Made by a program: the position numbers and the translations under genes. Shown here piece by piece: positions 1 through 9,172 of a stretch of DNA of 64,000 nucleotides; within the stretch, counting starts at the first letter, position 1, and each line of letters begins with the position of its first letter. The stretch spans positions 1,280,001 to 1,344,000 of the forward strand of contig OZ245842.1 in assembly GCA_965228895.1 (NCBI GenBank), written 5' to 3'. This stretch comes from Alphaproteobacteria bacterium (GTDB taxonomy: Bacteria > Pseudomonadota > Alphaproteobacteria > SP197). Below the pieces are notes generated by a model, which was given only the letters and a program-made list of their open reading frames with translations, searched no databases and was not told where the DNA came from.

Positions 1-553
1 TGAAGAACATCATCGAAAGCTGGCTTTCGCGCGCGGGAAAGCGTTTCACGATGACGATCGATAACGCGATGAGCAAGGCCTGAATCAGGACGATCAGGGC
101 AATCGGGTCGAAACCACTGCCACCCGGCTGGACGATGATGACGACGCCGATGAAACCCGCTGCCGTTGCCGCCCATCGCCGCCAGCCAACCTGTTCACCC
201 AATACGAAGACAGCGAGGATGGTGACGAAGAGTGGTGCCGTAAAACCGATCGCCGTCGCGTCGGCCAGCGGTATCACGGTGAAGGCGTAGAAACCGATGA
301 CGATGGCACTGCCGCCGGCGACCGAGCGCGTCATGTGCAGTCTTAAATGGCGCGTGCGCCATGGCGCGATGCGTCGTCGCCACAACAAGGGCCCGATCAC
401 CAAAAGCCCGATGACAGCGCGCACGAAGGCAGTCTGAAAGGCGCTGATGCCACTATCACCCGCCGCCTTGACAAGCGCTGCGGTCGTTGCGAAGGCAGCC
501 GCCGCCCCAATGACGTAGGCCGCGCCGCGCAGATTGTCGGCGCGTGTCACCAT
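1..553 (-). CDS. DMT/EamA family membrane transporter (3' end lies outside the window)
   Basis: Manual translation from ATG at 553: MVTRADNLRGAAYVIGAAAAFATTAALVK...IPLADATAIGFTAPLFVTILAVFVLGEQVGWRRWAATAAGFIGVVIIVQPG, a typical EamA repeat. It is missing from the ORF track because it runs off the edge. Confidence 0.85.
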   Translation of the reverse strand, partial: MVTRADNLRGAAYVIGAAAAFATTAALVKAAGDSGISAFQTAFVRAVIGLLVIGPLLWRRRIAPWRTRHLRLHMTRSVAGGSAIVIGFYAFTVIPLADATAIGFTAPLFVTILAVFVLGEQVGWRRWAATAAGFIGVVIIVQPGGSGFDPIALIVLIQALLIALSIVIVKRFPARESQLSMMFF

Positions 554-632
554 GGCGGGCGGTACCGTCACAACGGTGATGTCATGGCTGATCGATCGAT
601 GGCGCCTCTGGCATCGGTTCTATTGCTTGCGA

Positions 633-1397
633 TCAGGTTGCGTAGTTCGACCCGTTCCGCTCCAGCACACGCTTCAAGGCGTCAAAATGCAGATGTGCTG
701 AACGGGCGCGATGGCCGCCATGCACCTCATTTTGAATCCGGTTCAAGACGTCCCCGGGGATCGGGGCAAAGGCGTTCCCCGAGCTTGCGACCCGGTATTG
801 ACGCTGACAAACGTGTTCGACGTAGTAGAGGTCGTCGAACGCCTCGGCGACGGAGCCGCCGATTACGGTTACACCATGATTACGGCTGAGAAGCACCGGT
901 TTTCCATCGAACGCGCGCGCCATGCGCTCGCCCTCGACTGTGTCGGACGCAAATCCTTGATAGTCGTTGTCGTAGGCGACGCGATCGAGGAAACGCAGGC
1001 AGTCTTGATCGAACATCTCGATCTCGCCGCCATCGCTATCGGCCAGCCAGTTGCAATAGGGCGGGTGAGCATGCAGCACGCAGGTCGCTTCGGGAATCAG
1101 TTCGTGGATCTTCGAGTGGATGCAGAACGCCGTCGTCTCGATAGGACCATCGCCTTCGACCACCGCACCCTCACGGTCGACCACGATCAGGTTGGACGCG
1201 GTGATTTCCGACATCAACAGGCCGTGCGGCTTCACCAGGAACTGGTCGTCGGCGCCGGGCACCGTCAGCGTGAAATGATTCCAGATGCCGTCGTCAAACC
1301 CAAAATGGCTGGCCAGCTGGTAGGCGGCTGCGAGATCAATGCGAGCCTGTCGTTTGGGGTCGTGTCCGGTATCCAGCTTGACGGCGGTGGCGGTCAT
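633..1397 (-). CDS. Class II aldolase/adducin family protein
   Basis: Motifs WNHF, AFCIH, HAHPPY and RNHG (metal His residues). Start moved to MTATAV at 1397, behind an AAGGAG RBS. Confidence 0.85.
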   Translation of the reverse strand: MTATAVKLDTGHDPKRQARIDLAAAYQLASHFGFDDGIWNHFTLTVPGADDQFLVKPHGLLMSEITASNLIVVDREGAVVEGDGPIETTAFCIHSKIHELIPEATCVLHAHPPYCNWLADSDGGEIEMFDQDCLRFLDRVAYDNDYQGFASDTVEGERMARAFDGKPVLLSRNHGVTVIGGSVAEAFDDLYYVEHVCQRQYRVASSGNAFAPIPGDVLNRIQNEVHGGHRARSAHLHFDALKRVLERNGSNYAT

Positions 1398-1428
1398 TGC
1401 AATCTCCTTGAGGTTTCGTCGGCGAAGC

Positions 1429-2274
1429 TCAGTGGCGAATGGTGGCACGGCGCATGACGCGCTTAAAACCCTTGCCGCCCCCATGAGCGGTCAGGTCGTC
1501 GTTCAACGCGTTGTGCATCGTACAACGATTATCCCAAATGGCGATGGCGCCGGGCTGCCAGCGAAATCGGCAGCAGAATTCGTCGCGCGTTGCATGATCT
1601 TCCAGGTGATCGAGCAGCATGCGGCTTTCGCGCGCCGTCATGCCGTCCAGCTCCATGCAGTAGTCGGGGCTGATGTAGAGTGACTTGCGGCCTGTCACCG
1701 GGTGGGTCTTGACCAGCGGATGACGCGTGATCTGGCGTGTGGCACCGTCCTTGCCCATCAGACTCATGCCTTTGAAGCTCTGCGAGTGATCGGCCGGTTC
1801 GTGTGAGTCATGGATGCCGGTAAGTGCCTCCACCACTGCTTTCATGCCGCCCGACAGGGATTCGTAGGCCAGAACCATGTTAGCGAACATCGTATCGCCG
1901 CCAACCGGCGGCACTTCAATTGCGTAGAGCACGGCGCCGAGCGGCGGTTCGTCGCGAAACGACATATCGGCATGCCAACCGGCACCGAAGTTGCGGACCT
2001 CGCTCGGCATCTTCACGATCTCAATGAGCTCGGGGTATCCTTCGATGCCGTTAACAAAGGGATAGGGTTCAAGCTCGCCAAAGCGACGCGCAAAAGCGAT
2101 GTGCTGTTCCGGCGTTAGCTTCTGGTCGCGAAAGAAGATGACAAGGTGGTCGTGAAACGCCTTGCTGATCTCGTCCCAGACATCGTCGTCCAGCGGTTGC
2201 GCGAGATCGACACCCAAGACCTCTGCACCGATGGCAGTGGCGTAAGGACGGATCTCAAGATCTTGGTGTGGCAT
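1429..2274 (-). CDS. TauD/TfdA family Fe(II)/2-oxoglutarate dioxygenase
   Basis: IGAEV, WHADMSF (HxD), GGDTMF, WDNRCTMH and a C-terminal RxMRR motif. Start at MPHQDL is a best guess. Confidence 0.9.
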   Translation of the reverse strand: MPHQDLEIRPYATAIGAEVLGVDLAQPLDDDVWDEISKAFHDHLVIFFRDQKLTPEQHIAFARRFGELEPYPFVNGIEGYPELIEIVKMPSEVRNFGAGWHADMSFRDEPPLGAVLYAIEVPPVGGDTMFANMVLAYESLSGGMKAVVEALTGIHDSHEPADHSQSFKGMSLMGKDGATRQITRHPLVKTHPVTGRKSLYISPDYCMELDGMTARESRMLLDHLEDHATRDEFCCRFRWQPGAIAIWDNRCTMHNALNDDLTAHGGGKGFKRVMRRATIRH

Positions 2275-2400
2275 GGTTGTTTGGCATTGCAGCGGCATTC
2301 AGGCCGGTCATGACACGTCAAGCGTGCGACGGAAAACCGTCGATGACCAGCCGAATCTTCGGCTGTCGTCTGAACGAACATCAGCAGGCAGGGAAGGGCC

Positions 2401-4191
2401 TCAGCCGGCGGCCGCGGCCCTTGTTTTTTCGCGAATTTCGTCGTGCTGGCGCCTGCGCGCGACGGCACTGTCGCCGCCCATCGTCTTGTTGAACATGTCG
2501 AGGGTCTCGAACTCGTCCTCACTGGCATTGGTGAGCGCCAGATCCGTATAGTCCCAGCGATCGGATGAGGCCTTGATGCGCCGGTAGATCGGATAGAGAC
2601 GGCCGACGATACGGGCGAACTGATAGTGTTTGGCGATGATTTCCGAGAGATAGCGCGGATAAAAGACGATCGGGTTCTCTCTCGGCAGGTTATGACGTCG
2701 GTCCTTGCGGAACTTCAAACGGAAGTAGCCGCCTTCCAAGGGATGGACGCCTTCATAGGTGACCATCAGATAGAACCACATCATCAAGAAGAACTTGTTG
2801 CCGGGGCGGCCGCGTTTGTGGGCGGAAGCACGACGCAACACCGTCTCCATGTGCTCGATGCTGTAGTAGCTGTCCCACGCCTCGCGGTAGGCTTCTTCCC
2901 ACTCCTGGTCCGACATCTTTGGGTGATGGCTGACCCGGTGGTTAAGGTCGTACTTGTTGAGATCGGGGTCCATCCACGTGCCGGCATGCCACAGTTTCTG
3001 GTGATCTTCAGAGCCGGGCAGGGGCGTCAGGAAAAAGAACTCGAGCAAATCAAGAGGCAGTTCCCGCTTGATGATCTCGATATCGCGCAGGATCGATTCC
3101 TTGGTGTCGCCAGGAAATCCCAGGATATAGCCGGCATAGGTGGTGGCGCCGTGCTCGCGCCATTTCTGCAGCATGTCGCGGTATTCGGTGATCTTATTCT
3201 GGCGTTTCTTGGCCGCGAGCAAATTGTCGGGGTTGATGTTCTCCAGCCCGATGAAGACCCGATTGACGCCGGCACGGGCCGCCTTTTCGATGAAGTTCTT
3301 GATGTTGTGGCACAGGGTATCGACCTGGATGATGAACTTGATGTCCAGACCCTCGCCTTCGCGGAGCTCAATCAACCGGTCGAAGAACGCTTCCCAATCC
3401 TTGTTGCGCGCGAAGTTGTCGTCGGTAATGAAGAAGCGGTTGATGCCCTGTTCATAGTTGTCGCGGATGATGCGTTCGAGATCATCGGCGCTGCGGAACC
3501 GGCTCTTGCGTCCCTGCACGTTGATGATGGTGCAGAACGAACACTGGAAGGGGCAGCCGCGACCCAAGTCGAAGCTTGAATGGGAACCCGCCGTCAGCCG
3601 GATGTGTTGTTCCGGCAGGATCGGTGTCGGTTCGCCCTGGATGTTGGGCAGGTCGTTCATGAAGTTATAGAGCGGCTTCAGGTCTTCGTTCCAGGCATCG
3701 CGGAAGACGTCGCCAAGTCGATCGTCCTCGGCTTCGCCAGCGAAGAACGAGATGCCCAGCGCCTGGGCTTCTTTCATATCGTCGGGCATCTCGGGCAGCA
3801 TCGACATGCAGCCGGAGACGTGGAAACCGCCGATGGCAACCTGCAGGCCGGCCTCGCGAAACACCCGACCCAGGTCGACCGCGCGCGGGAACTGGTTCGA
3901 CTGGACACCGACCAGGGCAATCAACGCCTTGCCGCCGGCGTGCCGGATCATGTTGATGATGCGCTGGGGCCTGACCCGTTTGTTGGTCTCGTCATAGGTG
4001 TGCAGGCGAATCTCGACGTTGTCGCCCAGTGCTGCACGTTCCTGGCAATCTCTCGACAGACCATTCAGACACGCAAGCGTGTTCGAAGGAATCGCCGACC
4101 TGAGCCACTGAATGGGATAACCGTCGTCGTCGTAGTGCGTCGGCTTGATCATCACGACGTGAAAAATCGACATCTCGGTCGATGCAGCCAT
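2401..4191 (-). CDS. Cobalamin-binding-domain (class B-like) radical SAM protein
   Basis: RGCPFQCSFC (CxxxCxxC), N-terminal VAIGGFH B12-type domain, FFITDDNF, YILGFPGDT. Confidence 0.85.
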   Translation of the reverse strand: MAASTEMSIFHVVMIKPTHYDDDGYPIQWLRSAIPSNTLACLNGLSRDCQERAALGDNVEIRLHTYDETNKRVRPQRIINMIRHAGGKALIALVGVQSNQFPRAVDLGRVFREAGLQVAIGGFHVSGCMSMLPEMPDDMKEAQALGISFFAGEAEDDRLGDVFRDAWNEDLKPLYNFMNDLPNIQGEPTPILPEQHIRLTAGSHSSFDLGRGCPFQCSFCTIINVQGRKSRFRSADDLERIIRDNYEQGINRFFITDDNFARNKDWEAFFDRLIELREGEGLDIKFIIQVDTLCHNIKNFIEKAARAGVNRVFIGLENINPDNLLAAKKRQNKITEYRDMLQKWREHGATTYAGYILGFPGDTKESILRDIEIIKRELPLDLLEFFFLTPLPGSEDHQKLWHAGTWMDPDLNKYDLNHRVSHHPKMSDQEWEEAYREAWDSYYSIEHMETVLRRASAHKRGRPGNKFFLMMWFYLMVTYEGVHPLEGGYFRLKFRKDRRHNLPRENPIVFYPRYLSEIIAKHYQFARIVGRLYPIYRRIKASSDRWDYTDLALTNASEDEFETLDMFNKTMGGDSAVARRRQHDEIREKTRAAAAG

Positions 4192-4294
4192 ATCGTCGTT
4201 TGCCCCGTCTGCCTCAAGGTCATTGATAACACACTGATATGGCTATGACTTCCCTATTCTTGGTGGAGGTAATGTCAGCCGAGGACAACCAACG

Positions 4295-4314
4295 CTAGAG
4301 CAGATCCGCTCTAG
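4295..4314. repeat. Short palindrome matching the termini of the 34 kb intergenic repeat
   Basis: CTAGAGCAGATCCGCTCTAG; the ends match 34011-34022 and 34114-34125, and it overlaps the phnF stop codon. Confidence 0.55.
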
Positions 4315-5027
4315 AGTTCGAACACCAACTGCATGCGATGCCCGGCATAGCGGCCGATGCAGTACTCGATGGGCCGGCCATCCCGATCCACGTTGATGCT
4401 CTCGGTGTAGAGAATGGGTTGGGCGCGCGCCATGTTGAGCAGGCGGGCGTCCTCCGGCTCAGGAAGGCGGGCCGAAACCCTGGAAAGCTTGCGAAAATAG
4501 TCGTCGACGCCAAACTGGCGCAACGCCTTCGTAATCGATCCGGTGTCCTGATAGGCCTTGTCGAGCCCGCGAAAACGGGTCTGGGGAAACTGGTGCGCGG
4601 CGATGCTGACCGGCCGGTCGTCAACCAGGGACAGCAACTCAAGCAGGACCACCTTCTGGCCGCGCCGAATCTCAAGCGCGGATGCCGCCTGGGCGTCCGC
4701 GGCCACGGGGCCTGCGCGAACGATTTCGCCGCTGGGCTGCCGGCCGAGATTGCTGATGTTCTCAGAAAACCGCGTCCTGCGGCGCACCGCATAGTCGATC
4801 ACATCGTCCTGGACGAAGGTGCCACGCCCCTGTTCGATGCGAACCAGACCGTCGTCGCGCAGCGCGCTGAGCGCACGGCGCAGGGTGTGGCGGTTCACAC
4901 CGAAACGATCGGCCAGTTCGGACTCCGTCGGCAAGCGGTCGCCGGGTTTCCAGCTGCCGGAAACGATTTCCTCACGCATGCGGTCTTCGATCTGCCGCCA
5001 CATGGCAACACCGCTGCCGCGTTCCAT
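4311..5027 (-). CDS. phnF: Phosphonate metabolism transcriptional regulator PhnF (GntR/HutC, UTRA)
   Basis: RLPTESELADRFGVNRHTLRRAL HTH, GRGTFV, RTRFSEN and a UTRA domain; it lies next to the phn genes. Confidence 0.93.
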   Translation of the reverse strand: MERGSGVAMWRQIEDRMREEIVSGSWKPGDRLPTESELADRFGVNRHTLRRALSALRDDGLVRIEQGRGTFVQDDVIDYAVRRRTRFSENISNLGRQPSGEIVRAGPVAADAQAASALEIRRGQKVVLLELLSLVDDRPVSIAAHQFPQTRFRGLDKAYQDTGSITKALRQFGVDDYFRKLSRVSARLPEPEDARLLNMARAQPILYTESINVDRDGRPIEYCIGRYAGHRMQLVFEL

Positions 5028-5058
5028 GGTTTGCTCCGATGTATTTGCCCCACAGAAG

Positions 5059-5074
5059 GTCTATATGATTAGAC
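5059..5074. promoter_or_regulatory. Candidate PhnF operator
   Basis: Palindrome GTCTA-TATGAT-TAGAC between the divergent phnF and phnZ. Confidence 0.6.
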
Positions 5075-5086
5075 AGCTTTGGCAAG

Positions 5087-5104
5087 TTGTCGAAGTATTG
5101 TCAC
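5087..5104 (+). promoter_or_regulatory. Candidate Pho box
   Basis: TTGTCGA-AGTA-TTGTCAC with an 11-bp period, upstream of phnZ. Confidence 0.5.
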
Positions 5105-5151
5105 ATGCCTGAGATAGGTTCCCGCCAGGAAGCAGCCGAAGAGGGGTTCGC

Positions 5152-5715
5152 ATGGAGCAGGTGACAGTTAACGACATCAAACGGGTCCTCGAAGCCGAGG
5201 GCGGGCAACGTTATGGCCGCGAGGCGGTCAGCCAGCGCGAGCACGCCTTGCAGTGCGCAACGTGGGCCGAGCGATCCGGTGCGTCGCCTGCTTTGGTGGC
5301 GGCTGCCTTGCTGCACGACATCGGCCATCTGATCGACCCGGATGCCGGATCCGCCGATGATGATGGCAAGGACCTGCGCCATGAAGCGTCCGGGGCGCGC
5401 TGGGTCAGCCAGCTGTTTGGCGATGACGTGTTGGTGCCGATCCGCCTGCACGTCGCTGCCAAACGCTACCTGACAGCGGTTGAGCCCGACTACATGGCGA
5501 AGCTCTCGCCGCAATCGGTGCGCAGCCTCGAATTGCAGGGCGGCCCGTTCACGGAAGCCGAGGCGGAGCGCTTCATCGCTGCACCCTACGCCAAGGATGC
5601 TGTCTTGTTGCGGCGATGGGACGAACTAGCCAAAGATCCGGAGGCGGAGACGCCAGATCTCGACCATTTCGTTCCCGTCCTCGAAGCCTGCATGGCACAG
5701 CAAGGGGCCGCGTGA
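5152..5715 (+). CDS. phnZ: PhnZ-like HD-domain diiron phosphonate oxygenase
   Basis: YGREAVSQREHALQ, AALLHDIG, RHE, LHVAAKRYL, SLELQGG, LRRWDELAK. Confidence 0.85.
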   Translation: MEQVTVNDIKRVLEAEGGQRYGREAVSQREHALQCATWAERSGASPALVAAALLHDIGHLIDPDAGSADDDGKDLRHEASGARWVSQLFGDDVLVPIRLHVAAKRYLTAVEPDYMAKLSPQSVRSLELQGGPFTEAEAERFIAAPYAKDAVLLRRWDELAKDPEAETPDLDHFVPVLEACMAQQGAA

Positions 5716-6404
5716 GCGAACGCGTCGCGATCTATTTTACGCCTGCCGCCGGCACGCAGCTTTCAGCGTTCGGTGCTGGTTGGCTTGGCCGCGACGTCGG
5801 CTGCACGCGCGATGTATCACGCCGCCATGTCGACGGTGTCGATCCGGCATGCCAGGAGATCATCACCCGTTCGCCGCGCCGTTACGGCTTTCACGGAACG
5901 CTCAAGGCGCCGTTCACATTGGCAGACGATCACTCCCTTGACGATCTCCACCAAGCGATGACGAATTTTGTTGCCGGCCGCCCCGCTGTCACCTTGTCGG
6001 GGCTCGAGCTGAGCGATCTCTATGGCTTCATCGCCCTGATACCGTCGCAACCGGTACCGGATTTGAATGCTCTTGCGAGCGCTTGTGTTGATGGTTTCGA
6101 GCGTTACAGAGCGCCGTTGTCACAAGCCGATCTGGAACGCCGTCGCCAGGCATGCCTAACGCCACGCCAGGACGATCTGCTGGTGCGTTGGGGGTATCCT
6201 TATGTGATGGAAGAGTTCCACTTTCATATGACACTGACCGAGAATCTGGAACCGGCTGTCCGTGGCGGCGTTATCAAGGCGCTTTTGCCGGTGGTTGAAC
6301 CGCTCTGTCGGTCACCCCTGCAGATTGATGCCATCAGCCTTCTCACCCAGGCCGACCGGGCGTCGCCCTTTGTCCTGGTTGACCGGTTTCCGCTGCGCGC
6401 CTGA
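5712..6404 (+). CDS. DUF1045 phosphonate-associated protein (2H phosphoesterase-like)
   Basis: GTG at 5712 overlaps the phnZ stop. Motifs RVAIYF, RYGFHGTLKAPF and WGYPYVMEEFHFHMTLT contain two HxT motifs. Confidence 0.85.
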   Translation: MSERVAIYFTPAAGTQLSAFGAGWLGRDVGCTRDVSRRHVDGVDPACQEIITRSPRRYGFHGTLKAPFTLADDHSLDDLHQAMTNFVAGRPAVTLSGLELSDLYGFIALIPSQPVPDLNALASACVDGFERYRAPLSQADLERRRQACLTPRQDDLLVRWGYPYVMEEFHFHMTLTENLEPAVRGGVIKALLPVVEPLCRSPLQIDAISLLTQADRASPFVLVDRFPLRA

Positions 6405-6407
6405 ACG

Positions 6408-6962
6408 ATGAAGCCCGGTGTTCTCATGTTGGTCGTCGGGCCCAGCGGGGTTGGCAAGGATACGTTGCTGGCCGGTGCCCGTCTGGCACTTGACCCCGAG
6501 GTCTTCTGTTTTCCGCAGCGGGTCATCACCCGCCCCGAAAGTGCTGGTGGTGAGGATCACGTCGCGGTGACGCCGGATGTCTTTGCGCGCCAAGCAGCGC
6601 AAGGCGGATTCGCCCTGTCATGGTCGGGCCACGGGCTGAGTTACGGTGTACCGCGCTCCATCGAGGATGACTTGGCAAACGGCCGGCATGTTGTTGTCAA
6701 CGTGTCACGCGCGATTCTCGACGAGGCGAGAGCGAGGTTCACGTGTGTGGGCGTCGTTTCCGTTACCGCACCACATCAGGCGTTGAAATCACGTTTGGAG
6801 GACCGCGGCCGCGAGTCGCTGGATGCCGTGGCTGGGCGACTTGAACGCGCGACGGCGATTGATGTCACAGGCAACGACGTGATCACGGTGGTCAACGACA
6901 GCTCGGTCGAAGACGGCATCGCGCGGCTTGTTGCCGCGCTCAACATGCTCGCGGTGCGCTAA
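6408..6962 (+). CDS. phnN: Ribose 1,5-bisphosphate phosphokinase PhnN
   Basis: VVGPSGVGKDT, RVITRP, FALSWSGHGLSYG, VNVSR. Confidence 0.92.
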   Translation: MKPGVLMLVVGPSGVGKDTLLAGARLALDPEVFCFPQRVITRPESAGGEDHVAVTPDVFARQAAQGGFALSWSGHGLSYGVPRSIEDDLANGRHVVVNVSRAILDEARARFTCVGVVSVTAPHQALKSRLEDRGRESLDAVAGRLERATAIDVTGNDVITVVNDSSVEDGIARLVAALNMLAVR

Positions 6963-8275
6963 ATCAGGCGGCGGCGCAGCCAGCCTGAGAAGATATCCAT
7001 CGCAAAGACGACGATGACGGTCAGCGTGATGATGTAGAGCGTGTTTTCCCAGTCTCGTCCGGTTCGCAGCGTCTCGACAAGTTTGAGACCGATGCCGCCG
7101 GCGCCTAGCGCGCCGATGACCGTCGCCGAGCGGGTGTTCGACTCCAGATAATAAAGGGACTGTGAAATGAAGACCGGCAGGATCTGCGGAATGACACCGA
7201 AGCGATAGCGTTGTACCGGACGCGCGCCGGTCGACTGCACGCCTTCGACCTGTTTGTTGTCGATGTTCTCGATCGCTTCGGAGAAGAGCTTGCCGAGGGT
7301 GCCGGTATCGGTGAAGAAGATCGCCATGATGCCGGACAGCGGGCCCAGGCCAAACGCGCGAATAAACACAAGCGACCAGATCAGGCTGTCGATGCCGCGC
7401 AGGAAGTCGAACAGGCGGCGCAGCGCAAAGCGTCCGACGGCAAACGGGTTGAAGTTCTTGGCCGCCAGGAAGGCGAGCGGCAAGCCAAACATCGCCGCCA
7501 ATGCGGTGCCCAGGAAGGCCATGATGACCGTCTCGACCAGCGCGATGAAGACGTCGCCGTGTTGCCATTCGGAGTTGTTCCAGAACTGGTTGGCAATATA
7601 GGCGACGTTCGGGCGTTCGGGATCAATGCGCGGCTCGTGTAGCGCGATGTTCCAAAGTTCCGCGCCCGACATGCCATGCAGGGGCGACGAAAACTCGAAC
7701 CAGAAGTTCTCCCAGCCAACGAAGTAGCGATGTACTTCGACGCTGTTGCGCAGAACCTGCACGCGCTTGAACAGCACCGGCCGCGCCTCGAATTTCTTTT
7801 CAGAAACGCGCGCCCATTCTGGGATGGGACCTTCGACCGTAACGCCTTCCCCGTCGGATTCCGCGATAATGGGCGGCCAGTCGGGGCTGATGAACGTGGT
7901 CGTGCGTCCGGAAACGGTCACGCGATAGCCGTCGCCCAGGTCGATATCTAGGTCGTTGCCGTCGACGGTGACCCATTCGGGCGGTCCGTCGAAGCGGGTA
8001 TTGCGTTGACCTTCGATGCTGTATTCGGTTTCGCCGTCGGTGAAGTCGCGTTCGACATGGATCTTATGGGCGTAGGAATCGGTCGCCAGGATAACGCCGC
8101 GCTCCAGGCGCGATTCGCCAAGCAGGCTGCCGACGTCGAACTCGATATAGGCGTAGGTCAGATAGCCGAAGATGAGAACAAGGATGGCGATCGGCCAGAT
8201 GGCCTGGCGTCGTGACGCGCTCATCACCTTGGCGTAGGTGCCGTCGATCCGGCTGGCTTCGGCGATTGCGACCAC
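6959..8275 (-). CDS. phnE: Phosphonate ABC transporter permease PhnE with a long soluble N-terminal insertion
   Basis: GKLFSEAIENID and YYLESNTRSATVIGALGAGGIG. Confidence 0.92.
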   Translation of the reverse strand: MVAIAEASRIDGTYAKVMSASRRQAIWPIAILVLIFGYLTYAYIEFDVGSLLGESRLERGVILATDSYAHKIHVERDFTDGETEYSIEGQRNTRFDGPPEWVTVDGNDLDIDLGDGYRVTVSGRTTTFISPDWPPIIAESDGEGVTVEGPIPEWARVSEKKFEARPVLFKRVQVLRNSVEVHRYFVGWENFWFEFSSPLHGMSGAELWNIALHEPRIDPERPNVAYIANQFWNNSEWQHGDVFIALVETVIMAFLGTALAAMFGLPLAFLAAKNFNPFAVGRFALRRLFDFLRGIDSLIWSLVFIRAFGLGPLSGIMAIFFTDTGTLGKLFSEAIENIDNKQVEGVQSTGARPVQRYRFGVIPQILPVFISQSLYYLESNTRSATVIGALGAGGIGLKLVETLRTGRDWENTLYIITLTVIVVFAMDIFSGWLRRRLI

Positions 8276-8281
8276 TGGTCT

Positions 8282-9142
8282 CTAGTTCGCTGTCTGCAGG
8301 AAGGAGCGGCCGACAAGCCGATGACGCAGATAAGACGAAATCTGGTCGATCGTCATGATGGTCAGGAACAGCAGGACGAAAAGGGCGGAGGTCTCGGCGC
8401 CCTGGCTCCAGCTGATCGCTTTCCTGAGTTCCTGGCCGATACCGCCGGCGCCGACGAAACCCAGGATGGCCGACGCGCGAATGTTAATCTCAAAGCGCAA
8501 CAGCGCGTAGCTGACATAGTTCGGCATCACCTGGGGCAGCACACCGAAGCGCATGCGCTGGAACCATGTCGCGCCCGATGCGGTGAGGCCGTCGAGCGGA
8601 CCGTAGTCGATGTTCTCGTTGACCTCGGAGAACAGCTTGCCCAATGCGCCGGATGTGTGGAACGCGATGGCGATCATGGCCGGCACCGGGCTGGCGCCCA
8701 GGACAAAAATCAGGAACAGCGCGATGATCAATTCCGGAAAGGCGCGTGTGATATCCATCATGCGCCGCGCGACGGGAACAAGCATCGGAAAGGGGCTAAG
8801 GTTCTTTGTTGAGATGAACGCCAGGATCACCGCGAAACAGGTGCCGAAGAGAGTCGCGACCGCGGCCATGTTGATGGTGTCGATCAAGGACGGCACGTTC
8901 TTGCCGAGCATGCCGAACCAGGCGCTGCCGGCTTCGAAACTTTCTTCGACGACGGCGGTCGGATAGTCGAAGAACTGGCTGAGCCCGTTGATGAAGCTGC
9001 CGGAGTTCATGTCCTCGGCAACAATGAAGCTGCCGATGAAGAGGACCACGAAGATGGCCGCGAACAGGCCGCCATACATCCGCCGCTTGCGCTCCAATTG
9101 CGCGATATGGCTGGTTAGCTGATCGACAGTCGTGGTGGACAT
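8282..9142 (-). CDS. phnE: Phosphonate ABC transporter permease PhnE
   Basis: GALGKLFSEVNENID and LRFEINIRASAILGFVGAGGIG; start placed at MSTTT. Confidence 0.92.
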   Translation of the reverse strand: MSTTTVDQLTSHIAQLERKRRMYGGLFAAIFVVLFIGSFIVAEDMNSGSFINGLSQFFDYPTAVVEESFEAGSAWFGMLGKNVPSLIDTINMAAVATLFGTCFAVILAFISTKNLSPFPMLVPVARRMMDITRAFPELIIALFLIFVLGASPVPAMIAIAFHTSGALGKLFSEVNENIDYGPLDGLTASGATWFQRMRFGVLPQVMPNYVSYALLRFEINIRASAILGFVGAGGIGQELRKAISWSQGAETSALFVLLFLTIMTIDQISSYLRHRLVGRSFLQTAN

Positions 9143-9172
9143 GGGCGCTCTGGCGTGTCTGGAAGCCAAGAT

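Noticed and set aside
2626-3579. Long antisense or alternative-frame ORFs (also 14905-16158, 34122-35510, 39746-41044, 41080-42465, 62337-63227)
   Set aside because: They shadow well-supported genes and have no family motifs; such ORFs are expected from GC-rich codon usage.
2401-4191. Naming the radical SAM as HpnP/HpnR or a P-methyltransferase
   Set aside because: No hopanoid or phosphonate biosynthesis genes (such as pepM) are in the window, and the motifs support only a class-level call.
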